Assembly: GCA_963804995.1 (NCBI GenBank)
Contig: CAWDSK010000006.1
Coordinates: 800,001-864,000 of the forward strand
Direction of reading: 5' to 3'
From: an uncultured Acidobacteriota bacterium
GTDB lineage: Bacteria > Acidobacteriota > Terriglobia > UBA7540
Length of the DNA stretch: 64,000 bases
Shown piece after piece: positions 44,575-55,898 of the stretch. A program made the position numbers and the translations under genes. The notes beneath the pieces are model-generated. The model did not search any database and was not told the origin of the DNA. It saw only the letters and a program-made list of their open reading frames with translations. Positions within the stretch are counted from its first letter, which is position 1, and every line of letters starts with the position of its first letter.

Positions 44575-46512
44575 TTACTTGATCAAGTGATTCATGGCTG
44601 CAAATTGTCGCCGTATAGTCTCCACAAGCTCGGAGTGATCAGGAATCTGTTCGAGCAGTTGTGCTACGGTTGCTTTGGCCTCGGCAGCTCGCACGCGATC
44701 CTCTTCCGGAGTAGGGTCCTGATAGAACGTGTCCCCCTCCCCCCAACCCGACGCCATTTCCTGATACCCGGGAAACTTTAGCCACCCCGCGTATAACTTG
44801 GCCAATTGCGGATCATTACGTCGGTAGAGCTTCCGGATATAAAGTTCGGCGTACTCGTCAATCGTGAGACGCGGGTTCCAACTGAACTCTTCCAACGCCT
44901 GAACTGCGTTGTCCCAACTCTTGAAAGCGACGACCCGGATTTCCATACACTCTTGTCCGCGTTCATTTAGGATCGAAGCGCCATATTTGTAAGCGAAATC
45001 TGGAAAGCGCGAAATCTCGCGGTGGAGTAGATACCACCTGCTGCGTGGAAGATATTCTCGCCGAGATAGCGCTGCCATCATAACTGACCAGTCGATGTCA
45101 ATGAAATTGGGGTAGCGATCCTGATGCTGAACGATATCCCGTGTCCCCCAAGAATCGTATACCCAGAACTCCATATTCGGGTTGTGCCGTTGTCCGACAT
45201 CCACCATAGCAGCAAAGTACCGCTCGAAGATGGCAAAGTGGTTCCCGCGGCAGAGGTGGCAATTACAGACAAGGTAGTCGTTCTCGGAAAACTCGCCTCC
45301 GATTGCATCCAGTTTGGGATAGTGATCGAGCAGGTCTTCGAGATAGCTGCGCCAGAACTGCATCGTCTTCGGTTCAGAGCCGCACACCCAGCTATATTTA
45401 TTGCTAAGCGACTCGTCCCTTGTTCCTCCCAGCACCCCCTCGCCGAACTTTTGGTAATCCTCCCATTTTGGCCCGTCAGGGATGTCATTCGGATTGAAGT
45501 TCTTTCCTGCCAATTCCGGATATCGCTTGACGACCGCGGTCCACTGGTCGGGAAAGTTGATCATCATAAATACGCGGATGCCGCGGCTGTGGGCGTAATC
45601 GATCAACTGGGTCATGAACTCGTGCTTGACGTTTGGATGATAACGGTTGACGAGGTCCGGGAAGCGCTTCGAATCGTATGCAATGCCAAACCCCACACCG
45701 AAAATCCAGGCATTGAGGATGTTGATCTTGTGGGACACCATCCAGTCGACGAAACCACGCCAGTCGTAACCCGAGCCGTCAGGCTTTGCCCATTCCTTTT
45801 CCCACTGGCCTCCTGCATACCAATCCGGACCGCCGAGGTTCGTGGCGATACTTCGGTATCGGAACGCCGGGAGATTCAAGATTGGCGTCAGCTTCGAGTT
45901 TAACGGGCCCACCAGCACGCCGTCACCTTCCTCGTAGAGCCGATCTGACAGCGTCTCAACGCCATACAGAACGCCTAGTGGCGTGTGTGCCGTGAGCGCC
46001 AGCGTGGGTCTTGCCTCGTAGTCACCGGCGTAAATAGCAAATCCTTGCTCCCCAAGATTTTCCGGAATCAACGCCCTCTTCAGGCTGCCTTTATCATGAT
46101 CCTCAAGGGGCACAATCAAGTGTTTTTCCCGCAAGAATTGCGCAGCCACAAGGTTTTCAGCGAAGGTGCCGACGAGAATTCTGCCACTACTGCCCGAGGA
46201 TTGGCTCCCCGAGACGAAAGGCACTTTCACTCCGGCGACCTCGGCAATGACGGATTGAAGCCGAGAAGCGGCATGCTGGGACATCTCTGACGCCCCAGCC
46301 GGAACGACAATCTCACAGGTCGGCTTCCTTGCCTTGGCCACTAGGAAGTTGACCTGTCCTGCGTGCGTCGGTGGCGAACCCCCGACCAGTTGGGAAGCCC
46401 TCTCGTTAGCAGCTCCTGCGTATGTTGAGCCAAGAAGCGTCGCAGTCACACCACCAAATGCAGCGCCACACGATTCCTTCAAGAACAATCGGCGGTCCAG
46501 TCGTGGCTTCAT
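44575..46512 (-). CDS. Tat-exported putative glycoside hydrolase (GH20/GH67-like N-domain plus TIM barrel), family unassigned
   Basis: DRRLFLK; LGEQGF...GVLYGVETL...PAFRYRS; WMVSHKIN; LIDYAHSRGIRV. Confidence 0.75.
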   Translation of the reverse strand: MKPRLDRRLFLKESCGAAFGGVTATLLGSTYAGAANERASQLVGGSPPTHAGQVNFLVAKARKPTCEIVVPAGASEMSQHAASRLQSVIAEVAGVKVPFVSGSQSSGSSGRILVGTFAENLVAAQFLREKHLIVPLEDHDKGSLKRALIPENLGEQGFAIYAGDYEARPTLALTAHTPLGVLYGVETLSDRLYEEGDGVLVGPLNSKLTPILNLPAFRYRSIATNLGGPDWYAGGQWEKEWAKPDGSGYDWRGFVDWMVSHKINILNAWIFGVGFGIAYDSKRFPDLVNRYHPNVKHEFMTQLIDYAHSRGIRVFMMINFPDQWTAVVKRYPELAGKNFNPNDIPDGPKWEDYQKFGEGVLGGTRDESLSNKYSWVCGSEPKTMQFWRSYLEDLLDHYPKLDAIGGEFSENDYLVCNCHLCRGNHFAIFERYFAAMVDVGQRHNPNMEFWVYDSWGTRDIVQHQDRYPNFIDIDWSVMMAALSRREYLPRSRWYLLHREISRFPDFAYKYGASILNERGQECMEIRVVAFKSWDNAVQALEEFSWNPRLTIDEYAELYIRKLYRRNDPQLAKLYAGWLKFPGYQEMASGWGEGDTFYQDPTPEEDRVRAAEAKATVAQLLEQIPDHSELVETIRRQFAAMNHLIK

Positions 46513-46584
46513 CGATCCGGTGCTCCTTTCGGTAGAATATTTAAAGACATAATGTTTCACAAACTCTCTATCGCTGTTTCCGGC

Positions 46585-49500
46585 TCAATAGCTGAGGTTG
46601 ACAACGTGCTCTCCCTTGGCCAAGTGCGCGAAGGAGATCAATCCTCCGCCCTGCGGAGCCCTCACCAGCTCCTGATCCAGCCTCACCTCACGCGGTGGCT
46701 TCCCCGCATATGCCCTCAGGTCTGTTGTCGCCGAACAAAAGACATGGATTTCAACCGGAGCCCCAGGCTCGCGTATAGCCACATCGGTCGCGGGGTTGGA
46801 AGAGAAAAGCACTTGCTCGCCACGCCGCAAGACCTTCAGATTCCCGCCGAAGATCTCTTCCCCACCTTTCCAATTCTTGATCGCAAGCACGTCGCCATCT
46901 GCCGTCAAGTTGCCCCGGCTCAACTCCCCCGGCTTGCGACGGAAAAGCACCTGTGTAGTCCCGTCTGGCGTTTCGAAGCCTTCACCCGACGTGGTTGAAA
47001 ATACTTGCAAGGGCGCCGCTTCCTGCCCGGCTGCTTGGAAGTGCAGTCCCACCAGAAAACGCCCTTCCTTCTCTCGAGCTCGAATCGAATCGGAACGTTT
47101 CCCGCCGCTTCACCGGGCTTCGGTCATAGTCGCGATAAGTGCCGAAGGAGGGGATCGGCTGCCGCTCCAGGGTCCAGTGGCTGTTCTCCCCTGCGGCGGT
47201 AAGCGCCGCAAAGGCCGCTTTGCCGCGGATCAGCGCCTCAGCAGCATCCATCTCCGCCTGCGCCCCCGGGGGAATATGAAGAAGCCATGCGTAGCTATGG
47301 GGCACGGCGGCCTCAACCCGGTCATGCACGATGAGGATGTCAGGCTTCACAAAAAGGTACTCACGCGTCAGGCGCGTGACCTGGCTGTCGTCTCGGTAAG
47401 CAGGAGCGAGGTTCGCAGAAAGATAATCGATCCCGGGCGAGAGGACGTGTTGCTCAAATTTCGGGAAATTCTGGAACTGCGGCCAGTAGCGGCCGTCGTA
47501 GTCTTTCTGGCTGAAGGGATCGTCATCGAGGATTACGGTATTGTGGGCGGGCGCCTGGGTAAAAAAATCCTGGAAATGCGGGTCCGTCTCGTTGTCGTAG
47601 TGCGCGTAACCCGCCTCGGAAACTAATTCCTCGCCGTAAGCTGCCACCAGAAAATTCCCTTGGTCATGGTGCTCGTGATTGAACCACGGTCCCACACGAA
47701 TTGAGATCACGGCGTCCTGGGGATCCCAGCCGCTTCGTATGACGGCGCTGCCGCGCTCGGGGAAAATGCGGGAAGGCGGGGGCGCCGGGAGGGTCACCCC
47801 GGCACGCGTGCAGCACACCAGGTCCAGAAGCCCGGGTAATCCCTCCCCGCCTGGACCCTTATCCCGCAATAGGAATTCGCTCCTTAGGCTGAGGTCTGTG
47901 GCGGTTTCGTAGAAGGCTTGTAGCGCCGGGTCACCCGCAAATTCCGCTCCCCACGCGTATCCTGAATGCTCCGTCACCTCCAACCCGGTATCTCCCGTAT
48001 CGAGCACCAGATCGGGCCGCACTTGGGCGTAACGAAGCGACCAGAAACCCTGCATCATCTTCGCGTATCCGCGCGGCCGGATGCCCAGGGCTTCGAGCGC
48101 CGCCAACCCCCAGGACATCCCTTCCATACCGAACTCTTGATAGCGTGCGGGCTCGGCCTCGCTGCCATCCCCGGGGAACAGGCCATCCAGCACGCGCTCA
48201 TACGCCACCACGAGCTCCGCCAAAGCTGGTCCGAACCTGGCCGTCCAATCAGGGATGTCGCCATACAGCGCCACGCAGGCCTCGATAGCCCCACCCACCG
48301 AGTGTGCCAGGTGGTTGGTGGCGTTGATCGGCACGTGATCGTACAAGAAGTATGCGTCGACGGCGGGACGGATGGAATTTTTCCAGAAGGCCTCGGCAAT
48401 CTTCGATTTCTCTTCCTGCGAAAGCTCCGCCGCGATCAGGTCGTAGCCGAACGCCACCTCCTGCGTGAATATTCCGATCCCGTAGTGGGTGTGGAGCCCC
48501 TTCGCTATGAACCACGGAGGGGTCCAAGTTGTCCATGCGGAGACGGTCAGCAGCCCCCGTCGGGCAGCCTCCAGCGCCTGCCGGTCACCGCTCATGCGAA
48601 AATCGAGGGCGTTGAAAGCGATAGCGTCGCCGTAACTATAAATGAAGTCATAGAATTCATCTAAACCGGGAAGTGCGTTGTCGGCAGGGAGTAGCTCGAT
48701 GCTCTCTCCTGCTTTGGGATTATATGCAAGGGAACTCCGCAACTCCCTCGCCCGCTTGTGCACAATGCTCAGCAATTCATTCGAGTTGGATTGCGACCGC
48801 AATTGTTCCAGGCGCGAGTCCGTGAGCAGCACCCGAGGATGCGGGGGGACTTTGCCCAGCGCCAGAAACCTAAAATCCGTCCTTGCCTGGCCGCTGGTGA
48901 TTACAGCCTTATAAAGGCCCGGCTTGTCGGGAGCGGCAACCTGCATCATTCGGACTTCCCCTGCCGGAATGCTCTCGGTCCGCGCCAGCCCTCCCTCCTC
49001 GTCATGAACAGCAACTCGCGCCGCCCCGCCCGGCCCCAAGTTCACCTTCAGGGCCTTATCCGCCGTTACCACGTCTCTCGCCACCGCGATATCCTGAACC
49101 GGCGACCGCTCCAGCATAGGCGCACGAACCGGAAGGTTCTCCTCCCTCTCCGCCTCAATCTCCAGAGCATGCAGCGTCAGCCGACTGTGACACCCGTAGG
49201 GAGGCGCCGCAACTTCCGCCTCCAAAATGATCACCTCCGCCTCGCTACCGCCTGCTGGAACTTCCAGTTGCCGGCCCTCGATCTGCACATCGTGCACCCC
49301 CGGTTGGAAGGAGAGTGCGTGGTTGTACCGCCGCCTCTCCCTGTCCCCCAAAACCAGTCGCAGGCTTTGGATCTTCCCGCACGTCTCCAACTCGTAAACA
49401 ATCCGAAAAGAAGATGACGGTCCCATATGGAATTTCAGCGACCGGACCATTCCCACCCGCAGCAGCCGTTCGCCGTATGAAATCACATCCCGGACCAGTA

Positions 49501-49735
49501 CCGGCAACCCGCTCACTTCCTTCGTATAAATTGTGGGGTCATAGCCCACATCCTGGAACAGCGGATAGCTAACCCATCCCGGAATCCCATGGCTGAAATC
49601 TTCCTGGAAGGTCCAGCGAGTCAAATCTGAGGCGCGCTGCAGAGCGTCCTCCGGCATGGGCCTGGGGCGAGCCTCCCCACATACCACTGAGCATAGAACT
49701 ACAAGGACAACGGCAAGTTGCTTTGGTTGGATCAT
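46585..49735 (-). pseudogene. Heparinase II/III-like (DUF4962-type) secreted lyase, frameshift at ~47075
   Basis: HPRVLL, TNH, IRSGW, HEHHDQGNF and AHNTVI motifs; C-terminus in ORF 46585-47052. Confidence 0.78.
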
Positions 49736-50153
49736 GGATGAGACTCCTGCGAACTCTCTTGAAGCTGCAAAAGCGAGCTCGCACGTTGCTGAATTTTCTG
49801 AAAGAGGGCGACAACGCCATCCCCATCTTGATGAGTCTCGAGAAAGATACAGTCTGGAATTTCCATTTTGGCCTTCCAACAGCCGAAAACTCACCTTGAG
49901 GTTAGTCAAAAAAGTCGGCCCGCTCAGGGTGACTCATGGTACGCAATGGCGGGCTTCAGATATTTCGCGAAATCGCACCGCGACGCGCGGTCACGAATCG
50001 ATTTCACTTAACCGGTATCATGGTAGGCATCAAGCAATAAGCTCTCCGCGCCATCATCTGTACATTGGCTGTCATCTGCCAGCTGGTTTCATTCGCAATG
50101 CGCGCGAGTTGTGGACGTAATACGTGCGTGAAACCCGTGGAGCGGCCTTATCG

Positions 50154-51098
50154 CTACGGAACGAGTTTGTCCAATTCCCTCCAACCAATGACGATAATAT
50201 GCTTGCTGCGCAGCGCCTCTTTGAACATCGGATTGCCTAGCACATCAAAGTCCCGTTGCAGCCGCGCTGCGGACCAGCCGGGATAATCACCGATCACGGC
50301 TTGGAGCTCCGGGTCGTCATAACCGAGATGCACAACCATTTCATTGAAGCCCGGCACGACTTGATCCAACATGCGCATGTACGCCTCCAACCATTTAACG
50401 GGGGGAGTAGAATCAGGTACCGTGAGAGACCGATCCTGAATGATGTCCTGCGGCGAGACCATGGAAAGCAATCCCATCTTCTCCAGGTAAGGGCGGCTAG
50501 CTCGGTAGGGCAGATGATACTCATGGGCCACGCTGAGCTCAACGGTGAAAAAATCCTTCCGCAGCTTAGGGACTCCATTGTGCTCGCTCAGGTAAGTCGG
50601 GTGCAAACCCATCCGAATGGCCTGTTCGATCTGCGCGCGAATCTCTCGTTCGACCTCCGCCGGCTGCCCGTGCTCGAGGGTTAAGGACGAACGCCACCAG
50701 AGATAACCATCGGGATCCAGCAGGCTTGGCACTTGGTTGCGCGCTGCCTGAGGCCCCCAACGAAAAGTCTTATAGTCGCTGTTTAACGTCATATGGAGGC
50801 CGATGTCCGCCTCCGGATGTTGCCGGGCATAGTCCACGACTTCCGGGAACCACGGGCACGGCACCATCACGTTAACCGAGCTCACATTATGGGCCTCAAG
50901 CGCACGGAAGCTGGCAAGGTCAATGGAATGGGCAGACGCGAGATCGTCAGCACCAATAATCAGCAGCTTCGCCTCCCGAGGATAACCAAGCCGCTCCGCC
51001 GCGCTCGGGGACTGAGCATATATCGCGGCACTTCCTCCCAATATGCCGAAAACCAACCCTATTGAGGCTATGAAAGAAAAGTTCAGTTGGGTTTTCAT
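50154..51098 (-). CDS. YdjC/ChbG-like carbohydrate deacetylase
   Basis: IIGADD, MVPCPW, IGLHMTL and EIRAQIE motifs; signal peptide. Confidence 0.85.
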   Translation of the reverse strand: MKTQLNFSFIASIGLVFGILGGSAAIYAQSPSAAERLGYPREAKLLIIGADDLASAHSIDLASFRALEAHNVSSVNVMVPCPWFPEVVDYARQHPEADIGLHMTLNSDYKTFRWGPQAARNQVPSLLDPDGYLWWRSSLTLEHGQPAEVEREIRAQIEQAIRMGLHPTYLSEHNGVPKLRKDFFTVELSVAHEYHLPYRASRPYLEKMGLLSMVSPQDIIQDRSLTVPDSTPPVKWLEAYMRMLDQVVPGFNEMVVHLGYDDPELQAVIGDYPGWSAARLQRDFDVLGNPMFKEALRSKHIIVIGWRELDKLVP

Positions 51099-51383
51099 CC
51101 ACTTTCCCCTTTCCGGCTGGTTCGTGTATTCGGCCCCATTTCCAGTTGATTGGAATAGATCACGCGCGACTGCATGCGTCGGGGAGTCCTCAAATCCGTG
51201 CCCGACCTGATTTACAAGATCATGGCTTAGGTTCGACTGTATAATCGCCACATCCAACCCTTCAGCGGGATGTATCGAAATTTCCATCAACCAATGTGTG
51301 TGGCACCTATTTCAGTAATACGTTAATACTTCAGAATCGCAATTAATAGGAGCAGAAAGCTGCGGTGGCCGCATAATTCCCGT

Positions 51384-51771
51384 TTACCATCCTGGGTACA
51401 TCCCTCTCCAGGTTAGTATCTTGGCTTCAAAGGCCGGGGTAGCGCCCGCTCCAAGATGAGTGCGGAGCATATTTTTCGTCGTCATCCTGTTCTCTAAAGT
51501 AAACGTTAGGGAGGACCATGTAGGTCCCAATGCGCGGAAATATATTACGCCGCGCATATCTTTCTCTGGTGCTAGCGAAGAAGGACGGGTCGCTTCGGAT
51601 GTACGCATGAACCATTGCCTCGAAATTGGGGACGCTGATGACAAGCCTTCCGCCATAGCGCAGGATCCGGTGACACTCCTGTATGAAGAACTTTGCTGAT
51701 CTTGGGTAGTCGAGATGCTCCAGTAAACGCTCTGAGAAAACGAAGTCCGAACATGCGCTCTCCAGCGGCAT
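51384..51771 (-). pseudogene. Class I SAM methyltransferase fragment
   Basis: DFVFSERLLEHL...ECHRILRYGGRLVISVPN; lacks the SAM-binding N-terminus. Confidence 0.65.
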
Positions 51772-51775
51772 CTCG

Positions 51776-54157
51776 CTACGGTGTCACCTTCAGTATTCCT
51801 TGGAGTACTATCTCTGCCGACGATTTTCCCACCATGATCTCAAAATCGCCGGGCACCACGCGCCAGTGCATGTCGATGTCGAGCAACTGAAGATCCTCCG
51901 GCGTAAGCTTCAGGGTGACGGTCTTGGTTTCCCCAGGGTCCAGCGGCACGCGCTCAAACCCCCGGAGTTGCTTGACGGGGGTTGCCACCGGGGCGTATTT
52001 CTCGTGCAGATATAGTTCGACGGTCTCGACCCCTGCCCGGTCGCCAACGTTTTTCACGTCCAAGGTCACGCGCGCCTCGCCGCCCGGATGGATTTCCGCC
52101 GGTTCTATCCGCAGATTGCTAAACTCAAAGCGGGTATAGCTCAGTCCGTAACCAAACGGGTAAAGCGGCGTTGCTGGCATATCAACGTAGTTTTCACCCG
52201 TCTGGATCCGGTAAGCCTTGCCGGGCTTGTAATTGTAGTAGATGGGCAATTGGCCGGAGCTGCGGGGCACCGAAAGCGCCAAGCGTCCCGTGGGGTTGTA
52301 ATTCCCAAACAGCACGTCGGCCACCGCCTCGCCGCCGCGCTCGCCGGGCAGCCAGGCTTCCACCAGGGCCGGCACATGCTCCAACGTCCAACGCGTCGAA
52401 AGCGGCCGGCCGTTAATGAGCACCACCACAGTGGGAGTTCCGGTTTCGAAGACCGCCTGGATCAGGTCCTCCTGCACTCCCGAGAGATCCAGACTTGCCA
52501 CGTCGTGCCCTTCACCGTCAGTGGGCCCTTCACGCCGGTCGACCTCGTTCCTCTCTTGCCTCTCGCCGACCACGACAATGGCGACGTCCGCCGCTTTCGC
52601 GGCCCGCACCGCTTCCGCAAACCCGCTCTTGTCCGTGCCCGTTATTTCGCAGCCGCGTGCCGTGGTGACTTTGGTTTGCGGTAAGACCACAGCTTTGATC
52701 CCCTCGATCACCGTCGTCACCTGGTGCAACAGGGTCGTCGCCGAATAGTCGCCCAGTTGGTTCGCAACGTCGTCTGCGTTGGGGCCGATCACGGCTACCG
52801 ATTTCAAATCCTTCTTGAGCGGCAGCAAGTTCTTATTGTTTTTCAGCAACACGATGCCTTCGCGGCCCGCGCGCAACGCCAAATCCTGATGCTCCTTCGA
52901 GTGCACGATTTTCATCGCCCGGTCCGGGTCCGCGTAAGGGTTCTCGAAAAGGCCGAGGCGGTACTTCACTCCCAAAATTCTGCGCACGGCCCGATCCACC
53001 AGCGCCATGGAGGTGCGCCCTTCTTCCACGTTCTCGACCAACACAGGGCCATAAGTCACGTAAGAGTTATCCAAATCGATTCCGGCCTTCAGACCCAGTG
53101 GTCCGGCCTCCTTATGGCTGGGAACGATGCCCTCATATAGCAAGGTCTCGAAGCCGTTACCTTCGCTAATGACAAATCCTTTGAAGCCAAGTTCCTGCCG
53201 CAAGACATCGTTGATCCACTTCACCGAGGCGTGCGCCGGCACATCCTCGATTTCCGCGTAACTCGCCATCACCCCCAAGGCCCCGGCTTTGCTGATGGCT
53301 CCGATCCAGGGCGGCAGAAAGTTTTCGCGCAAGCAACGCTCCGATACCTCCACCGCCCCGCGCTCCAGGCCGCTGGCAGGTTCGCTTTGCGTGGGAAAAT
53401 TCGTCAGCAAGGCGATGGTCTTATCCGGAGCCGAAATATCGTAGCCTTGCGCACCACGGACAAGCGCTTCGCCAAGGCGCATAAGGAGGTAGGGATCTTC
53501 GGTGTAGCCTTCCTCGAGTCGTCCCAAGCGCGGATCGCGATTCACTTCCATCACCAGTGAGGAGAGACTGTGAATCCCCACCCCGCGCGCCTCCGCCGCT
53601 GCTGCCCCGTAGATCGCCTCGACCAAATCCATGTCGAAGGAGCTGGCGATGGCGGGACCCTCCGGGAAAACCGTGGCGCCGGAGAACAGAGCGCCATGCA
53701 CGCCTTCTTCATCGGCCATAACCGGTATTTTCAGGCGCGTCTCCGTCAGCGCGGTCTTTTGCAGCTCGTTCAAGTATTCCGCTAGCTGGCGGGTGTTTTC
53801 GGTCGGCATCTCACTGCCGAGCCTCCAGATTCCGCAGGCCGGGCCGATTTTCGGGTCATACGTTCCGGCTATGAATTTCTTGTACGTCTCCAGCTTTAAC
53901 GCAGTGTCTCCTCCTGGTTCATGGGAACGAGAACTCCAGATGCCATAACTTTCAAGTGCCCCATGCGATAAATTGAGCTGCCCGATCTTTTCCTTGAGCG
54001 TCATCCGGCTCATTAGGTCATCGATCCGCTCCTCGACAGGCCGTTTCGAATCAAGGTAGATCGGCGTTTGGCCTCCGGTTTGCACGAGCATCCCCGAGCT
54101 TGACGCCAGCATCGTGCCGGCAGCCACGACGAATAACCAAAAGACTTTCTTCCCCAT
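51776..54157 (-). CDS. GH3 beta-glucosidase/xylosidase with FnIII domain
   Basis: MTLKEKIGQL, RDPRLGR, LLKN, VIGPNA, PLYPFGYGLSY and KQLRGFER motifs; RBS GGAGG. Confidence 0.93.
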   Translation of the reverse strand: MGKKVFWLFVVAAGTMLASSSGMLVQTGGQTPIYLDSKRPVEERIDDLMSRMTLKEKIGQLNLSHGALESYGIWSSRSHEPGGDTALKLETYKKFIAGTYDPKIGPACGIWRLGSEMPTENTRQLAEYLNELQKTALTETRLKIPVMADEEGVHGALFSGATVFPEGPAIASSFDMDLVEAIYGAAAAEARGVGIHSLSSLVMEVNRDPRLGRLEEGYTEDPYLLMRLGEALVRGAQGYDISAPDKTIALLTNFPTQSEPASGLERGAVEVSERCLRENFLPPWIGAISKAGALGVMASYAEIEDVPAHASVKWINDVLRQELGFKGFVISEGNGFETLLYEGIVPSHKEAGPLGLKAGIDLDNSYVTYGPVLVENVEEGRTSMALVDRAVRRILGVKYRLGLFENPYADPDRAMKIVHSKEHQDLALRAGREGIVLLKNNKNLLPLKKDLKSVAVIGPNADDVANQLGDYSATTLLHQVTTVIEGIKAVVLPQTKVTTARGCEITGTDKSGFAEAVRAAKAADVAIVVVGERQERNEVDRREGPTDGEGHDVASLDLSGVQEDLIQAVFETGTPTVVVLINGRPLSTRWTLEHVPALVEAWLPGERGGEAVADVLFGNYNPTGRLALSVPRSSGQLPIYYNYKPGKAYRIQTGENYVDMPATPLYPFGYGLSYTRFEFSNLRIEPAEIHPGGEARVTLDVKNVGDRAGVETVELYLHEKYAPVATPVKQLRGFERVPLDPGETKTVTLKLTPEDLQLLDIDMHWRVVPGDFEIMVGKSSAEIVLQGILKVTP

Positions 54158-55733
54158 TATCTTTAACCTCCGAGAGACCAGGCGAACTGGCCACTCTCTG
54201 CACGGAACTGAAGGCCTCTTCTGTTCGCCGGCCAGTGAGATCCAGTCCGGGTGCACTACGGTCGCACCCAAGCCACTGGTCGCAAGACATACAATGCGAG
54301 TGAATTCCTGTCGCGTTGCTTTGCGCATAGTTGCCCTCCCTGTCTCTAACTGAGCGCAGTCTCAGGTGCACTAGTGCCCCCATCTTGGCGGCTATATGAT
54401 GGCTGGAAGCCGGTAATACGCCTGAAATTACGTCAACACCGAGAACAGTTGCGTCACCGCCCGGTGAGCTTCTTCGATAGACAAATGGTGACCGTTATCT
54501 CCTGTGAGGTCGGTGTGGGCAAAGGCAATCCTGCCAAACGGTGCGTTCCGGAGGATATCACGCGGAGCGGGTTTGCCATCTCTTCCATAATAGAATCCCG
54601 GCTGGGGAACAATAAAATGATGTCCCCACCGGTTGAGGATGATGCCAGCAATATCCCGCCGCGCCTCAAATCCCGTCGTCCGAAACATCTCTGTGAACTG
54701 CTCGCGGACCTTACGTTCGAAATCACGAAATGACGTCGAGAGCAACTCCGCGCGGCCTTTGCTGCACTGTTCCGCTACCGGCAAGCCAGGGTAAAAGAAA
54801 GGTGTGATCAGAGACAGGACCGTGGGGGAGTCTGGTCCAATCGTCGAGCGGTCGGAGCCAAACGTGGCGGTGGTTCGCACTTCGGTCCAAAAGCCGAAGC
54901 CCTCGAACCAGCGCCCGCCGGAAAGGCCCAGATTATACAGAAACTGCCAGTTGCGGACGGCGACGTTAGTCACCACGGCGGCCGAGAAGTTGAACTGGTT
55001 ATAGGCGTTGCGATGCTCGGTGGGCAGGTCGCGCACCACATGCTTGGTGATCCAGCCGCCGCCCGCCATCACCACGGAGCGCGCCTTCAGGCGGTAGACT
55101 TTGCCGTTGCGCGTGTACATGACGCGCACAAAAGCCGACTTTGTCGGCTCGCCTTCGTGTTCCACGCGCACCGCCATGGAGCGCAGCCGGATGCGCACCT
55201 GGTTCGAAGCGCGGTCGAGCGCGGCGAAGTTCACACGATTCCGGCAAACCGCTTGGAGCGTTCGCGGGCCGGGAATGGCGTCAGGCATGAGGGTTTTCAC
55301 AATATGACGTGCGAAGCCCGTGTTTCCGCCGGGAAAACTATGCTGGAGGATGTCAGGGCCGGGGCCGAACACGCCGTACTGGGTGCCGGAGAGGGCATCG
55401 GCCCCAGCCCCTGTCGCGGCCCCCATGTGCGGGGACACAAACATGCGGATGAACTCGCGACTCAGGCCGTAGCGCTCTGCGAGCACATCCTCAGTGGTGA
55501 GAGTCTCGAGGCGCCGCAACTCCGCCTCCGAGTCGTGCGGGGGTGACTCATGATACGCGATGACGGCCTTCAGGTATTTCGCGAAATCGGACCGCAGTTT
55601 CGGCGATAAGGGAAGGCCATCAATATTCCTCCGGGGATCGACCACCCACTTTCCCGGTTGCTGGCCATACTTTGGGCGACAAATCACATGACAAACAATG
55701 GCAGTAGAAGTTGGGTGTTCCGGTCCGCATTAA

Positions 55734-55898
55734 CTAACTGGCCTTCCGGTTGGCACGTCTCTGCTCACGGCCCTGCTTGAGTCGAGCATCAAGCTCTTCT
55801 TTGCCCACCGAAAGCAAGCGCCTGAGCCCCGCCTTAAACTTACGCGGCGATATTTTGACTTTTTCTTCGACGCCAGTTTGTCCCGTGTCTTTATACAT
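55734..55898 (-). CDS. 54-aa basic protein coupled to the IS1595 transposase
   Basis: MYKDTGQTGVEEKVKISPRKFKAGLRRLLSVGKEELDARLKQGREQRRANRKAS; ATG overlaps the transposase end; purine-rich upstream sequence (GAAGGTGAGG). Confidence 0.6.
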   Translation of the reverse strand: MYKDTGQTGVEEKVKISPRKFKAGLRRLLSVGKEELDARLKQGREQRRANRKAS

